The translations under genes and the position numbers were made by a program. DNA of 64,000 nucleotides from an uncultured Gammaproteobacteria bacterium (GTDB lineage: Bacteria > Patescibacteriota > Microgenomatia > UBA8517), in the NCBI GenBank assembly GCA_964617045.1, contig CAZTVZ010000001.1, positions 136,763 to 200,762 of the forward strand, written 5' to 3'. This document shows, one piece after another, positions 39,035-49,126 of this stretch. Within the stretch, counting starts at the first letter, position 1, and every line of letters begins with the position of its first letter. The notes beneath the pieces are model-generated. The model did not search any database. It was not told where the DNA came from and saw only the letters and a list, made by a program, of their open reading frames with translations.

Positions 39035-39640
39035 TTGTTAGTTATGGATAAAGTACTCGATGCTGATATCTTAAGAAGATCTCTAGAAAAAGCCCAGAGT
39101 GACGGAACATGGAAAAGAGCCGATGTACCTAAAAACCCAGAGGTCGTTCCCCCTTTCAAGGAAGGATCAATTAATACCCAAACGGGTCAAATTAAACCCG
39201 AGAGAACACACGAAGAATCGATGGAGTTCTTCCATAAAGCAATTGAGGAGTACAAACAGTGGGATGAGGCTGAAAAAGCTTTAAATACAGAGAACACCGT
39301 CCTTCCCACCACCGAAACACCTGCATCTTCAACACCCGACGCACTTATTCCACTACCCGAAAAGAAAAGTATTTTTGACAAGATAAAATCTCTGTTTGCT
39401 CCTAAACCCAAGGTAGTTGAACCTAACAAGCGATCCGGTCAAGAGGTGTTTGCCTCCGAGGAACAAATAAAGTGGGCAGAAATGGCAGAAAACAGACGAG
39501 GTGTTTTTTCCGGTCACGAAAGTATTCCTGCAGGAGAAAATACGGAAATATTAGCACCAGGTGCTAAAGTAATTGCCACCCCTGAAACGGACAAAAGTAA
39601 GCTTACCCCACCTCAACCCCCCAAGGGAACAACAGGTTGA
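39035..39640 (+). CDS. Hypothetical P/E-rich protein
   Basis: 201 aa ORF. Confidence 0.6.
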   Translation: MLVMDKVLDADILRRSLEKAQSDGTWKRADVPKNPEVVPPFKEGSINTQTGQIKPERTHEESMEFFHKAIEEYKQWDEAEKALNTENTVLPTTETPASSTPDALIPLPEKKSIFDKIKSLFAPKPKVVEPNKRSGQEVFASEEQIKWAEMAENRRGVFSGHESIPAGENTEILAPGAKVIATPETDKSKLTPPQPPKGTTG

Positions 39641-39675
39641 CTCTAACCTCCATATTTGGTATTATTTACCTTGTT

Positions 39676-39753
39676 CCTAAGACAGTACGCATTCAAATAA
39701 GTCGTACCGAGGCGATTAAACACACGTAAAGCGCGCCTCGAGCGCTTTTTTTT
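39676..39753 (+). promoter_or_regulatory. L10 leader with attenuator
   Basis: CCTAAGACAGTACG...CGTACCGAGG core; terminator AAAGCGC/GCGCTTT plus U-tract; CGAGGCG/CGCCTCG alternative pairing. Confidence 0.75.
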
Positions 39754-39775
39754 ATGGCTTCTTGGGAAAAATAAA

Positions 39776-40294
39776 ATGAAAAAAGCAGAAAAAACATTTT
39801 TCGTAGACAATTTGACCGAAGAACTAAAGGCCGCCAAGTCTGTTGTTCTCGTCAACTATTCCGGTATGGGTGTTGCAAAACAACAAGAACTTAAAAAGCA
39901 ACTCTCCGAAGTAGGTTCAAAAATGATCGTTGTCAAAAACACTCTTCTAAAATTGGCAGGAGAAAAAGCAGAAATTAACCCACAGGTTCTGGAAGAGTCT
40001 GTTCTTTCTGGACAAACTGCTTTGATTGTCTCCGAAGTTGATCCGATTGGACCCATACAGGTACTCGGTAAATTTGCAAAAGAAAACGAAATTCCTCAAA
40101 TGAAAGTCGGCATAGTAGACGGATCCTTCCAAGATGAAGGGTCGTTGAAAAAACTTGCCACCTTGCCTGGAAGAGATGTTCTTTTGGGACAAGTACTTGG
40201 TGCTTTAATGGCACCTTCATACTCCCTCGTTGGAGTACTTAACGCAGGACCTCAAATGCTTGTATCTATGCTTGATAGAAAGGCTAAGAGTTAA
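39776..40294 (+). CDS. rplJ: 50S ribosomal protein L10
   Basis: VVKNTLLKLA, LATLPGRDVLLGQ. Confidence 0.96.
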   Translation: MKKAEKTFFVDNLTEELKAAKSVVLVNYSGMGVAKQQELKKQLSEVGSKMIVVKNTLLKLAGEKAEINPQVLEESVLSGQTALIVSEVDPIGPIQVLGKFAKENEIPQMKVGIVDGSFQDEGSLKKLATLPGRDVLLGQVLGALMAPSYSLVGVLNAGPQMLVSMLDRKAKS

Positions 40295-40317
40295 TTTTGT
40301 AAGGGGGGTGATTATTA

Positions 40318-40725
40318 ATGGCAGACGCAGAAAACAAATTATCAGAAAAAGTTTCGAAATTGGTTGATTCTATTTCAGAACTTTCAGTATTGGAACTTTC
40401 TGAACTCGTAAATGCACTTCAAGACAAACTTGGAGTATCAGCAATGCCGGTTGCAGCCGCAGCCGCTCCAGTAGCAGGAGCACCAGCAGCTGATGCCGCA
40501 CCTGAAGCGGGAGCTAACCAAACAGTTGTAATGACTGATGCAGGAGCTAACAAAATCGGAGTCATTAAAGCACTCAGGGAGATCAATCAAAACTTGACAC
40601 TCATGGAGGCAAAAGGAATGACCGAAACGCTTCCAGCTGAAATCTTGAAAGACGCAAAAGCAGAAGACGCTAAAGCAGCCGCAGATAAACTTACGGCAGC
40701 CGGAGCAAAAGTCGAACTTAAGTAA
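40318..40725 (+). CDS. rplL: 50S ribosomal protein L7/L12
   Basis: LSVLELSELV, Ala-rich hinge, KIGVIKALRE, AGAKVELK. Confidence 0.97.
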   Translation: MADAENKLSEKVSKLVDSISELSVLELSELVNALQDKLGVSAMPVAAAAAPVAGAPAADAAPEAGANQTVVMTDAGANKIGVIKALREINQNLTLMEAKGMTETLPAEILKDAKAEDAKAAADKLTAAGAKVELK

Positions 40726-40748
40726 TTAAGTGCTTTGAATCTTTTCTA

Positions 40749-40778
40749 AAAAGTCCGTCCCTAAAAGACGGATTTTTT
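40749..40778 (+). terminator. Intrinsic terminator after rplL (likely bidirectional)
   Basis: AAAAGTCCGTC-cctaaaa-GACGGATTTTTT between convergent genes. Confidence 0.8.
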
Positions 40779-41679
40779 AGTGGAGAAAAATTAAATATTT
40801 GAGGATTTCTTTCTCGACAACAATTCCATTATCTTTCGACACGCTATCCCATCTTGGAGCCGAATTTACTTCGAGAATGTACGGTTTTCCGGTTTCGTCT
40901 TCGTGAATTACATCTACTCCTGCAATATTTATTCCCAACGCTTTGCAAGCGTTTACAGCTATTTTGGCATCTTCTTCGGGAATCGGATCAAGGGATCTCC
41001 TTTCTCCTTCTGGGAACTCTCCCCCAATTTTTTTGATAAACCTTCTCCTCCACCTTGTCGGCCTGGTAATGCCGGCAACAGCTGCATCGCCGATAACAAA
41101 TATTCTGAATCTTTGAGAGGCTTTAATAAATTCCTGGGCGATAAATCTTCCGCCTTTTTCTTCTATCTCAAACAATGGTTCGGTTATTTTTCTAAGTTTT
41201 TCTTCGTCTTTAGGAGACCACACCGCATTTCCCTGTTTTCCTTGTGTTCCTTTAATGACAAACGGGTACCCGAATATTTTTGGGGCATTGACGCATATAT
41301 TCTCAAGCGATCCGTAATATGTTTTTGGGAAAGGAATACCCCCTTCGTATAAAAGCTTACCCTCCAAAGACTTGGCTATGGGAAGTCTGACAAATCTACT
41401 TTTCTCGTATGCCTCATCAACCACCTTAATCCCTTTTTGTTTTGCGTAATCGACAAGAAGAGATGCATCTTCGAACCTTTTCCCTACAAGTCGAATATAA
41501 ATAATTTCAAAATCGTCTAAAGGCGTATCCCCAACTTTTAAAACGAATTCGTTTTCCGTAACATAGTTTAGATCCGAAAAACTGGCAATCATCACATCCA
41601 ACCCCATCTTTTTACCTTCCTCAACAAAAGGAACCAGATGTTTTTTCCCTCCACCAGCGATAACTAATATTTTTTTCAT
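40777..41679 (-). CDS. RimK-family ATP-grasp ligase
   Basis: PFVIKGTQGKQG, IAQEFI, AGVDVI, LEVNSAP. Confidence 0.85.
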   Translation of the reverse strand: MKKILVIAGGGKKHLVPFVEEGKKMGLDVMIASFSDLNYVTENEFVLKVGDTPLDDFEIIYIRLVGKRFEDASLLVDYAKQKGIKVVDEAYEKSRFVRLPIAKSLEGKLLYEGGIPFPKTYYGSLENICVNAPKIFGYPFVIKGTQGKQGNAVWSPKDEEKLRKITEPLFEIEEKGGRFIAQEFIKASQRFRIFVIGDAAVAGITRPTRWRRRFIKKIGGEFPEGERRSLDPIPEEDAKIAVNACKALGINIAGVDVIHEDETGKPYILEVNSAPRWDSVSKDNGIVVEKEILKYLIFLH

Positions 41680-42960
41680 TTAAGGATTAACAAGGAAACC
41701 GTCCAAGTCCTTCCTCCCAATTATTATCTGTCTTTTCAATTTACTTCTGTCCGCAACCCCGGCAGCCGTTCGTATCTTTCTTCCTTTTAACCAGTAAACC
41801 AAATTAACAATAGCCCTTTTTTCTTTTCCGAGAGAGCTTCTGACGCTTTTGTACCAAAGTATGTTGTCGGGTGCAATCAACCCCAAATCCATTGCAAGAG
41901 TTCTGTCGATAGAAGTTCTATATGCACCGGTATCGATTTTTGCGGGGATAACTATCTTTTTACCGTTTTTGTTTTTGATCTTCACTTCCGCAAAAACATC
42001 TACGGTTTTAATTCCCTCTTCCGCCCTTACTCTGTCCGCGAAATCCGAAGCAAACAAGGATTTGGCAATTTTTACTCCGTGTTCTGCATCGACAACTTTT
42101 AAACCCTCCACACGATCAAGCCTTTTTCTTAATCCCGTTTGATTTGCAAGTTGGATATTCAGTCCCGGCTCGGCATTCATCTCAAGTACCATGGGTCCCT
42201 TTTCGGGATGAAGAACAATATCGACTCCAATGTATCCCAAATGGGATACCATTTGGGCTTTTACCGCGGTCAGAAGAACTTGAGTCCAGTTTGGTATTTT
42301 TATCCCGTGCAATTTTCTCATTGTGCCCGGTTTGAATTTAATCATGTTCTCCTGATAGAGAGCATGCGTGGTAATACCTGTTGCAATATCTATCCCGACA
42401 CCAATAGCACCCTGGTGAAGATTGGCTCTTCCTCCTGATTCTTTAGTAGGAAGCCTGAGCATTGCCATTACGGGTATGCGATTGAATACGATAATACGAA
42501 TATCGGGAGTTCCTCTGAATGCATATTTCCTGAATGCCTTATGTCTTCCAACGTACTCTTGAACAAAAGCAATGTCGGGAACATTGTCCATCGAGTATGC
42601 ACCCTCCAGTATTTCGAGTGTGTGAAATTTCAAATCATCAATCGATATCTTTTTCCTTTGGGTGGTAATCCATCCTTGTCCGTCTTTGGATTTTTTCTTG
42701 GCAACAATTATTCCTTCTCCACCCAAACCCTTTGATGGCTTTAGTGCAAACGATCCCGGAAGCTGGTTCCAATCAAAATTTTCGATATCTTCGGGCTTTT
42801 TAAACTTCTTATAAATCTGAGGGTTGGAAATCTCCGCCCTGGTCAACAGTTTATTGGTTAGCAACTTAGAATCCGCAATTCCTTTTCCCTTGGGAGAATT
42901 GTATACGTACGAATACAGCTGTGATCTAGCATTTAAACCAAGAATCGAAGAAAGTTTCAT
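41680..42960 (-). CDS. ATP-grasp (alpha-L-glutamate ligase-like) fused to a retropepsin-like protease
   Basis: LKPSKGLGGEG, PDIRII, AMLRLPT...ANLHQGA, LEMNAEPG; C-terminal AKIDTGA...IIGRKDL. Confidence 0.88.
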   Translation of the reverse strand: MKLSSILGLNARSQLYSYVYNSPKGKGIADSKLLTNKLLTRAEISNPQIYKKFKKPEDIENFDWNQLPGSFALKPSKGLGGEGIIVAKKKSKDGQGWITTQRKKISIDDLKFHTLEILEGAYSMDNVPDIAFVQEYVGRHKAFRKYAFRGTPDIRIIVFNRIPVMAMLRLPTKESGGRANLHQGAIGVGIDIATGITTHALYQENMIKFKPGTMRKLHGIKIPNWTQVLLTAVKAQMVSHLGYIGVDIVLHPEKGPMVLEMNAEPGLNIQLANQTGLRKRLDRVEGLKVVDAEHGVKIAKSLFASDFADRVRAEEGIKTVDVFAEVKIKNKNGKKIVIPAKIDTGAYRTSIDRTLAMDLGLIAPDNILWYKSVRSSLGKEKRAIVNLVYWLKGRKIRTAAGVADRSKLKRQIIIGRKDLDGFLVNP

Positions 42961-43847
42961 TTGTTTAATAATTTCCTGAATCGCCAGATTTCAAGAAGTC
43001 TTAAGCCAACATATTTGCCCAAGAAAAAGTTAAAGAGTGCGGTAATAAGAAGAAGAATTTCCGGATTAAGAAGGGCAAATTCTTGTATCGGTTTTAAGGT
43101 AAGGAATAGATATGAAAGCAAAGCAAGGATTATTGTTTCCGAAGTTATATTAATAGCAGTCTTAACACTTTTACCCATCTGAACTCTGGTAAAGTCCTCC
43201 GCAAGAAGTGCAAGAATTAATACCGGGAAAATGGACACATCTGACAATGACGGATATTTAATGATCGGAGCAAGGAAAAGTATACCGAGAACTCCGAGAG
43301 CTACAAACCAAAGGGTAAAGGCCATTCTGGGTAAATACTGAAGTTTAATCTTGGTCCACTTCAAAAATGCTCTTATCAAACTCGCAACCAAAATAATCAC
43401 CAGGAACAACAGAAATCCGACAATAGGCCCTGTTGCAATAAACACAACGGAAAGTGCAGCAGGCAAAAATATTCCGAATCCTCTGAGACCTATTAAATGC
43501 CTTGCTCCTGCGATAACAGAGGCGGCAACTGGCAAGAGAAGAAGCAGGACCATGGTGTTTGCCGGTACTCCGGCGTCAACAGCTCCCCGGATTGCATATT
43601 TAATAGGACTTAGATAATGTGACCCAAGTTTTTGTTCGTTTAGTAGTTTTTCCAAAGGGTCCAAATTCTCTCTGGTATCCTCTACCAGTTTTGGCGCAGG
43701 AGTCGGAGTGGGAGTCGGAGATTCCGAAACCGTGGGTGTTGCACTGGGGGAGGCAGTCAAAGCCGCTACTCCACCAAAAGAGGAGAAAAATATTACAAGA
43801 AATGCAAGTAAGGAAAAGGCGGTTTTACGCATATTGGGAAAAATCAA
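42957..43847 (-). CDS. 7TM_transglut-type membrane protein
   Basis: LLLLPVAASV..RHLIGLRGFGIFLP, YLPR, IFPVLIL, GKYVGLRLLEIWRF. Confidence 0.85.
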   Translation of the reverse strand: MIFPNMRKTAFSLLAFLVIFFSSFGGVAALTASPSATPTVSESPTPTPTPAPKLVEDTRENLDPLEKLLNEQKLGSHYLSPIKYAIRGAVDAGVPANTMVLLLLLPVAASVIAGARHLIGLRGFGIFLPAALSVVFIATGPIVGFLLFLVIILVASLIRAFLKWTKIKLQYLPRMAFTLWFVALGVLGILFLAPIIKYPSLSDVSIFPVLILALLAEDFTRVQMGKSVKTAINITSETIILALLSYLFLTLKPIQEFALLNPEILLLITALFNFFLGKYVGLRLLEIWRFRKLLNK

Positions 43848-43951
43848 AATCTAAGTAATATTATATCAGTTTTTGCCCCTCGAACCGATAAGGACGTCGA
43901 AATATGGAAAAATGGCCATAAAATGGTACGATATTGATACTCTAAGTAAAA

Positions 43952-44665
43952 ATGACGCATACCAAAAACATTGTGATTCTTCATGGCTGGGGTTCTTCTG
44001 TCGTCAAGTTCGAACCTCTGGCGGCAAATCTAAAAAAGACAGGCTGGAAAGTTCTAACCGTTGAAATGCCAGGTTTTGACCTCAAGGCTCCTCAAAAACC
44101 ATGGACACTCAATGATTATGCGGATTTCATTGTTTCCAAAGCCAGGAAACATTTCGGAAAATCAAAATACGTGCTATTCGGCCACTCTTTCGGAGCCAGG
44201 ATCGGGATAAAGATTGCATCCGAGGGTTTCCCCGAGCTGTCGGGTTTGGTTCTTTGTAGTGCACCAGGTATCTCCCGAACGGTGTCGGTTAAAAGATACG
44301 CTTTTGCAATTATTTCAAAAATCGGCAAATTGACCCTCGGTAAAAATCCCCATCCGATATTCAAAAAAATGCTTTATAAATTTGCTAGAGAACACGATTA
44401 CGAGAAAACATCCGGAGTAATGAAGCAGACAATGACCAACGTTATCTCGGAAGACTTGAAGCCTTTGGTATCCAAAATTAATATTCCCACCCTTATTCTT
44501 TGGGGCGACAAAGACACCATGACTCCACCCAAGGATGCAAAATTCATAAATAACAAAATTCCGGGATCGGTTCTAAATATTCATGACGGTTATGGCCACC
44601 GAATACCTTACGATATTCCGGAAATACTTTCCCGTGACATTGAAATTTGGTTTAAAAAATTATGA
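43952..44665 (+). CDS. Alpha/beta hydrolase
   Basis: LHGWG, GHSFG nucleophile, WGDKD, GH. Confidence 0.9.
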   Translation: MTHTKNIVILHGWGSSVVKFEPLAANLKKTGWKVLTVEMPGFDLKAPQKPWTLNDYADFIVSKARKHFGKSKYVLFGHSFGARIGIKIASEGFPELSGLVLCSAPGISRTVSVKRYAFAIISKIGKLTLGKNPHPIFKKMLYKFAREHDYEKTSGVMKQTMTNVISEDLKPLVSKINIPTLILWGDKDTMTPPKDAKFINNKIPGSVLNIHDGYGHRIPYDIPEILSRDIEIWFKKL

Positions 44666-46218
44666 TTACTCTGACATTATGGATTTTCCAGGCAATATAT
44701 TTTCTTTCAGTATACGTATACTGGATTCAAACCAAAGAATACCGTATCGACAAACTTGTTGATTTTGTTAAATCGGGTCAAGCCATAAGAAAACTATTTC
44801 TGCCGATTCTTTTTGCAAAAATAATCCTGCTTTTAATCCTCCATTTTGTTTCCAGTGTCACATGGATAATTCCTTATGTGTTCGGTGCAATCGTCATTTA
44901 TGTTTTATATAGGCTCTTAAGCTTCGGAATAACCAGACCAATACTTACGCTAAGAGCAATTTTGATTATTTTCGGCTCCCTGTTTATTTTATCGTTATCT
45001 GTATTGATACGTGCACCTTTTGTGTTATTGGAACTGCTATTGATAACTTCACCCGTTCTTTTGATGCTGATTACCGACATTCCGGTAATTATAGTTAAAA
45101 ATCGAATAATTGAATGTGCAAAAGAAAAACTTGAGAATATTAATCCAACCATTATCGCAATTACAGGAAGCTACGGGAAAACAACAACCAAAGAATTTAT
45201 TTATCAATTACTTTCTTCCTCGTATAATACGGTGGCTACGGAGGGAAGCCAAAATACTCCAATCGGAATAGCAAGAAAAATACTGAGAGATATAAAGCCC
45301 GGTGTAAAATTCTTCATCGTGGAAATGGGGGCATACAAGCAGGGTGAAATAAACAGGCTTTGCGATATCGCCAGACCCGATATTTCCGTATTAACGGGTA
45401 TAGATACCCAGCATGTATCACTTTTCGGAAGTTTCGAAAATCTTAAAAATGCAAAGTACGAAATTGTTCAAAATTTGGATAAGAACGGCTTGGCAATATT
45501 TAACACAAACAACAGTGAGATTAATGAATTTATTGAAAAAGCAAAAAAGTCAAAGATAGAATTTGCTGAATATACTTCCGGCAAAAAAGTCCCAGTAAAT
45601 GGGATCACTGTTTTAAGTGCGTCAGAAAACATAAAAGGATTAACGGTTAACGTCAAAATTAAACACGATAAGGGGATTGTGCAAACTGCCATACACGGTA
45701 AACATTTTGCCGAAAACCTCGCATGCGCAATTTATATTGCAAGATTAAATAAAATTCCGTGGACAGAAATTAAAAGGATATGCCGCAACTTAAAGCTTCC
45801 TCAAAAGACAATGAACTTTATTCCGACGGGTCTAGGAAGCGTAATTATCGACGACTCTTTCAATTCTACCCCCACTGCTTTTGTATCAGCGCTTCATTCT
45901 CTTTCCTCTTTTAAAACTAAGAAAGCCATCATTACACCGGGTTTACTGGAACTCGGTAAATACACAGAGAGAGAACATGTCAAAATTGGAAAGCTTCTCA
46001 GCAATAGGTACGATAAAATAATATTAACTAACAGAGAATTTGCTTCATATATCAAAGAAGGTATAGGTAACAGCAAAAAACCGGCTTTAGTTGTTAACGA
46101 GAACACCAACGATATACATAAGATCGCAATCGATTTGATTAAATCCGGTTATACAATCCTTCTGGAAGGAAGAGTCTCTGTTGATGCCAAATCATTAGCC
46201 GAAAGGAGAATAATATGA
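44662..46218 (+). CDS. MurF-like Mur ligase with N-terminal TM segments
   Basis: ITGSYGKTTTKE, VEMGAY..GEI, IIDDSFNS, TPGLLELG. Confidence 0.85.
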   Translation: MITLTLWIFQAIYFLSVYVYWIQTKEYRIDKLVDFVKSGQAIRKLFLPILFAKIILLLILHFVSSVTWIIPYVFGAIVIYVLYRLLSFGITRPILTLRAILIIFGSLFILSLSVLIRAPFVLLELLLITSPVLLMLITDIPVIIVKNRIIECAKEKLENINPTIIAITGSYGKTTTKEFIYQLLSSSYNTVATEGSQNTPIGIARKILRDIKPGVKFFIVEMGAYKQGEINRLCDIARPDISVLTGIDTQHVSLFGSFENLKNAKYEIVQNLDKNGLAIFNTNNSEINEFIEKAKKSKIEFAEYTSGKKVPVNGITVLSASENIKGLTVNVKIKHDKGIVQTAIHGKHFAENLACAIYIARLNKIPWTEIKRICRNLKLPQKTMNFIPTGLGSVIIDDSFNSTPTAFVSALHSLSSFKTKKAIITPGLLELGKYTEREHVKIGKLLSNRYDKIILTNREFASYIKEGIGNSKKPALVVNENTNDIHKIAIDLIKSGYTILLEGRVSVDAKSLAERRII

Positions 46219-47444
46219 TATCGATATCGCTATCCCCGAATCTTGAAAAAGACGATTTCAAATTGGCATTAAGGATGCTTTTTTCTCCTAATCGTTGGGT
46301 TTCGGGAAACTCAAACAATATTTTGACTCAAAAGTTTTCCAAAATTATTGGGAAGGATTATGACTGTTGGCCGATAAATAGCGGTCGAAGTGGCTTGTAT
46401 ATCATTCTTAAAACTCTAGGATTAGATCGCGATTCAGAGGTGATTATCCAGGCGCTTACTTGTATTGTCGTTCCCAATGCCATTCGCGCTCTTGGTGCAA
46501 ATCCCGTGTTTGCGGATGTCGACAGTTCATTTAATCTCGACCCTAAAGATTTTGAAAGAAAAATAACAAACCGTACCAAAGCGGTAATAGTTCAGCATAC
46601 ATTCGGAGTCCCCACAAATATGAAAGAAATTTTAAAGATTGCACGAAAACACGAGATTTTCGTAATCGAAGATTGCGCCCACTCGTTGGGGGTATCTTTT
46701 AAAGGTAAACCATTGGGAACATTTGGTGATATTGCCTTCTTCAGTTTCGGGCGCGATAAAGTAATCTCTTCGGTTTTTGGAGGAATGATAACAACCAAGA
46801 ATAAGTCGATAGAAGCTAAAATCGACAAACTAATCGAGATTCTTCCCTACAATTCAAAACTGTTTATTTTTAAACAACTTCTGCATCCGATAATCACCTA
46901 TTTCTCAGTTAAATTCTATTCCCCTTTCGGTAAAATAATTTTTTACCTGGCTTCAAAATCAAAATTGTTATCAAAAGCTGTGTTTTCGAAAGAAAAACTG
47001 GGGATTCAACCCGATTTCTTTCCGGCTAAATTACCCAATGCCCTTTCGGTTTTGGCTGTTCATCAACTCAACAAATTATCTAAATTGAATAAAAGAAGAT
47101 ATGAAATTGCAAAAACATATTTTACCGACCTGAAAAACACGAATTTTAAATTACCCCATGCATCGGAGGTTCCACCCTTATTAAGGTTTCCTATACTAAC
47201 AGATAAGGCTTCGGAATTGGAACTGTACTTCGCTAAAAAGAAAATATATCTGGGAGACTGGTACAAAGACGTGGTAATGCCCAAAACCAGTGATAAATTC
47301 TCAGGATACAAAAGAGGTTCGTGTCCCAAAGCCGAAGAGTATTCCAAGGAGATGCTCAACTTACCTACAAATCCCACACTTGGCACTAATGATGTTAATA
47401 TGATTGTTGATTTACTTTCAAAATGGTCAAATACTCACAAATAA
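46215..47444 (+). CDS. DegT/DnrJ-family PLP aminotransferase
   Basis: NSGRSG, VQHTFG, IEDCAHSLG, SFGRDK. Confidence 0.9.
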   Translation: MISISLSPNLEKDDFKLALRMLFSPNRWVSGNSNNILTQKFSKIIGKDYDCWPINSGRSGLYIILKTLGLDRDSEVIIQALTCIVVPNAIRALGANPVFADVDSSFNLDPKDFERKITNRTKAVIVQHTFGVPTNMKEILKIARKHEIFVIEDCAHSLGVSFKGKPLGTFGDIAFFSFGRDKVISSVFGGMITTKNKSIEAKIDKLIEILPYNSKLFIFKQLLHPIITYFSVKFYSPFGKIIFYLASKSKLLSKAVFSKEKLGIQPDFFPAKLPNALSVLAVHQLNKLSKLNKRRYEIAKTYFTDLKNTNFKLPHASEVPPLLRFPILTDKASELELYFAKKKIYLGDWYKDVVMPKTSDKFSGYKRGSCPKAEEYSKEMLNLPTNPTLGTNDVNMIVDLLSKWSNTHK

Positions 47445-48442
47445 CCAAAAAGGATATCTGGGAATCATTCGTACAAAAATACGAATGGTCCAATTTCCTC
47501 CAGGGGTGGGAATGGGGAGAGTTCCACGAAAGAATCGGAAACGATATCGAAAGAATTGGTTTATATGACAACAAGAAACTCGTGGGGGTAATGCTGTTTA
47601 TCGTCGAACACGCAAGAAGAGCAACCTATGCAACCGTTCCGGCAGGACCCTTACTGGACTGGAACAACAAGAAAATTCTTAAATGTTTCATCTCCTGCAT
47701 AAAAGAACTTTCTCATAAACACCACTGCTCTTTTGTCCGGGTAAGGCCACAACTTCTAAATAACGATAATAACGTAAAATTATTTGGAAAGCTTGGTTTC
47801 AAGCCCGCTCCTATGCATCTGCATGCGGAACTAACTCTCAGACTTAACCTGGAAAAAAGTGAAGAAGAGTTAATGTCCGAGATGAGGAAAAACACCAGAT
47901 ACGAAGTACGAAAAGCCGAAAAGCTGGGAATCGAGATTATTAAAAGTAACGATGCCAAAGAGATCAATAACTTTTATAAACTCCAAGAAAAAACCGCAGA
48001 ACGTAACCATTTTGTTCCTTTCTCCCTTGATTATCTGAAAAAACAATTTGAAGTATTTAAGGAAAACGACAAAGTGGCAATGTACACTGCTCATCTGGGT
48101 AAAAAGATGCTCGCAAAAGCTTTCATTATCTTTTACGGAAATGAAGCCGTATATCACTATGGTGCCAGCAGTGATCTGGGAAGAAAATATCCTGGGGCGT
48201 ATCTTCTTCTCTGGAAAATAGCACTGGAGGCAAAAGAAAAAGGTTTGAAATACTTTAATTTTTGGGGAATTACCAAGGAAGATGAAATTAACCACCGGTT
48301 TTACGGAGTATCCCTTTTTAAACGCGGTTTTGGTGGCGAAGAGATTGATTATTTACACGCAAGAGACTTCGTAATAGACAAACCCAAATACTTACTAAAT
48401 TTTATTGTCGAGAAAGTAAGAAAAAAGGTAAGAAGGCTCTAA
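47423..48442 (+). CDS. FemAB/FemX-family aminoacyltransferase
   Basis: FLQGWEWG, RKNTRYEVRKA, YHYGAS, FNFWG, LFKRGFGG. Confidence 0.92.
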   Translation: MVKYSQITKKDIWESFVQKYEWSNFLQGWEWGEFHERIGNDIERIGLYDNKKLVGVMLFIVEHARRATYATVPAGPLLDWNNKKILKCFISCIKELSHKHHCSFVRVRPQLLNNDNNVKLFGKLGFKPAPMHLHAELTLRLNLEKSEEELMSEMRKNTRYEVRKAEKLGIEIIKSNDAKEINNFYKLQEKTAERNHFVPFSLDYLKKQFEVFKENDKVAMYTAHLGKKMLAKAFIIFYGNEAVYHYGASSDLGRKYPGAYLLLWKIALEAKEKGLKYFNFWGITKEDEINHRFYGVSLFKRGFGGEEIDYLHARDFVIDKPKYLLNFIVEKVRKKVRRL

Positions 48443-48481
48443 ATTGACTCTAAATTATTTTATGACATAATTCTAATTAAT

Positions 48482-48778
48482 ATGGACAATGTCGTGAGAA
48501 AAAGAGAAGGACCATTATTTAACGAATATACTTTTATTCGTACCGACGAAGGAATAAGAGAAGCTGTAGTTACCGGAGACATGGATTCCGCGGTACTTAC
48601 AATAAATAACGGAGAAACGTTTACTGGCTCTTTGGTTCAAATACCTACCTCCGATACGGGAGGCATACCCACAAGAACAACACTTTTTAAAAGGGACGGA
48701 TACGACTTGGATTTGGAAAATCCGATCATAGTATCTCTGGAACACGTTAAAGGTCCACGCGGTAAAGAGAGATCTTAA
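48482..48778 (+). CDS. Hypothetical protein
   Basis: 98 aa ORF with TTGACT/CATAAT promoter just upstream. Confidence 0.5.
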   Translation: MDNVVRKREGPLFNEYTFIRTDEGIREAVVTGDMDSAVLTINNGETFTGSLVQIPTSDTGGIPTRTTLFKRDGYDLDLENPIIVSLEHVKGPRGKERS

Positions 48779-49086
48779 ATCTGTTTCTTCTTAAGAAGAA
48801 TACATTCTTTTGTGGGTACTAAATTAACATCGGTATTTACACAAAAACTGGGTCTTGGTTCGTCTTCATAGTTTCGACATGTTCCCTTTTCTTCATCAAA
48901 ACTGTCGCAGTTATATACACTAACCATAATATCCCTACCACCAATATTAACGAGCTTAGATCCGGTTCTTTTGATAAACTGAAATTTCTATAGCGTTTTT
49001 GCAAGTTTACCTGGGTTATTAAGTTCCATGGTAATGGAGAAGTCTTTACAATATTTCCTTTCGCATGATTATCACGAATTCGCCAT
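48775..49086 (-). pseudogene. YkgJ/CxxCxxCC-family pseudogene
   Basis: 104 codons: MANS**SCERKYCK...L*KF...CDSFDEEKGTCRNYEDEPRPSFC; three in-frame stops. Confidence 0.7.
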
Positions 49087-49126
49087 TTGAGAGGATTAAA
49101 GCAAACAGGAGCAAATTAGACCGTCT

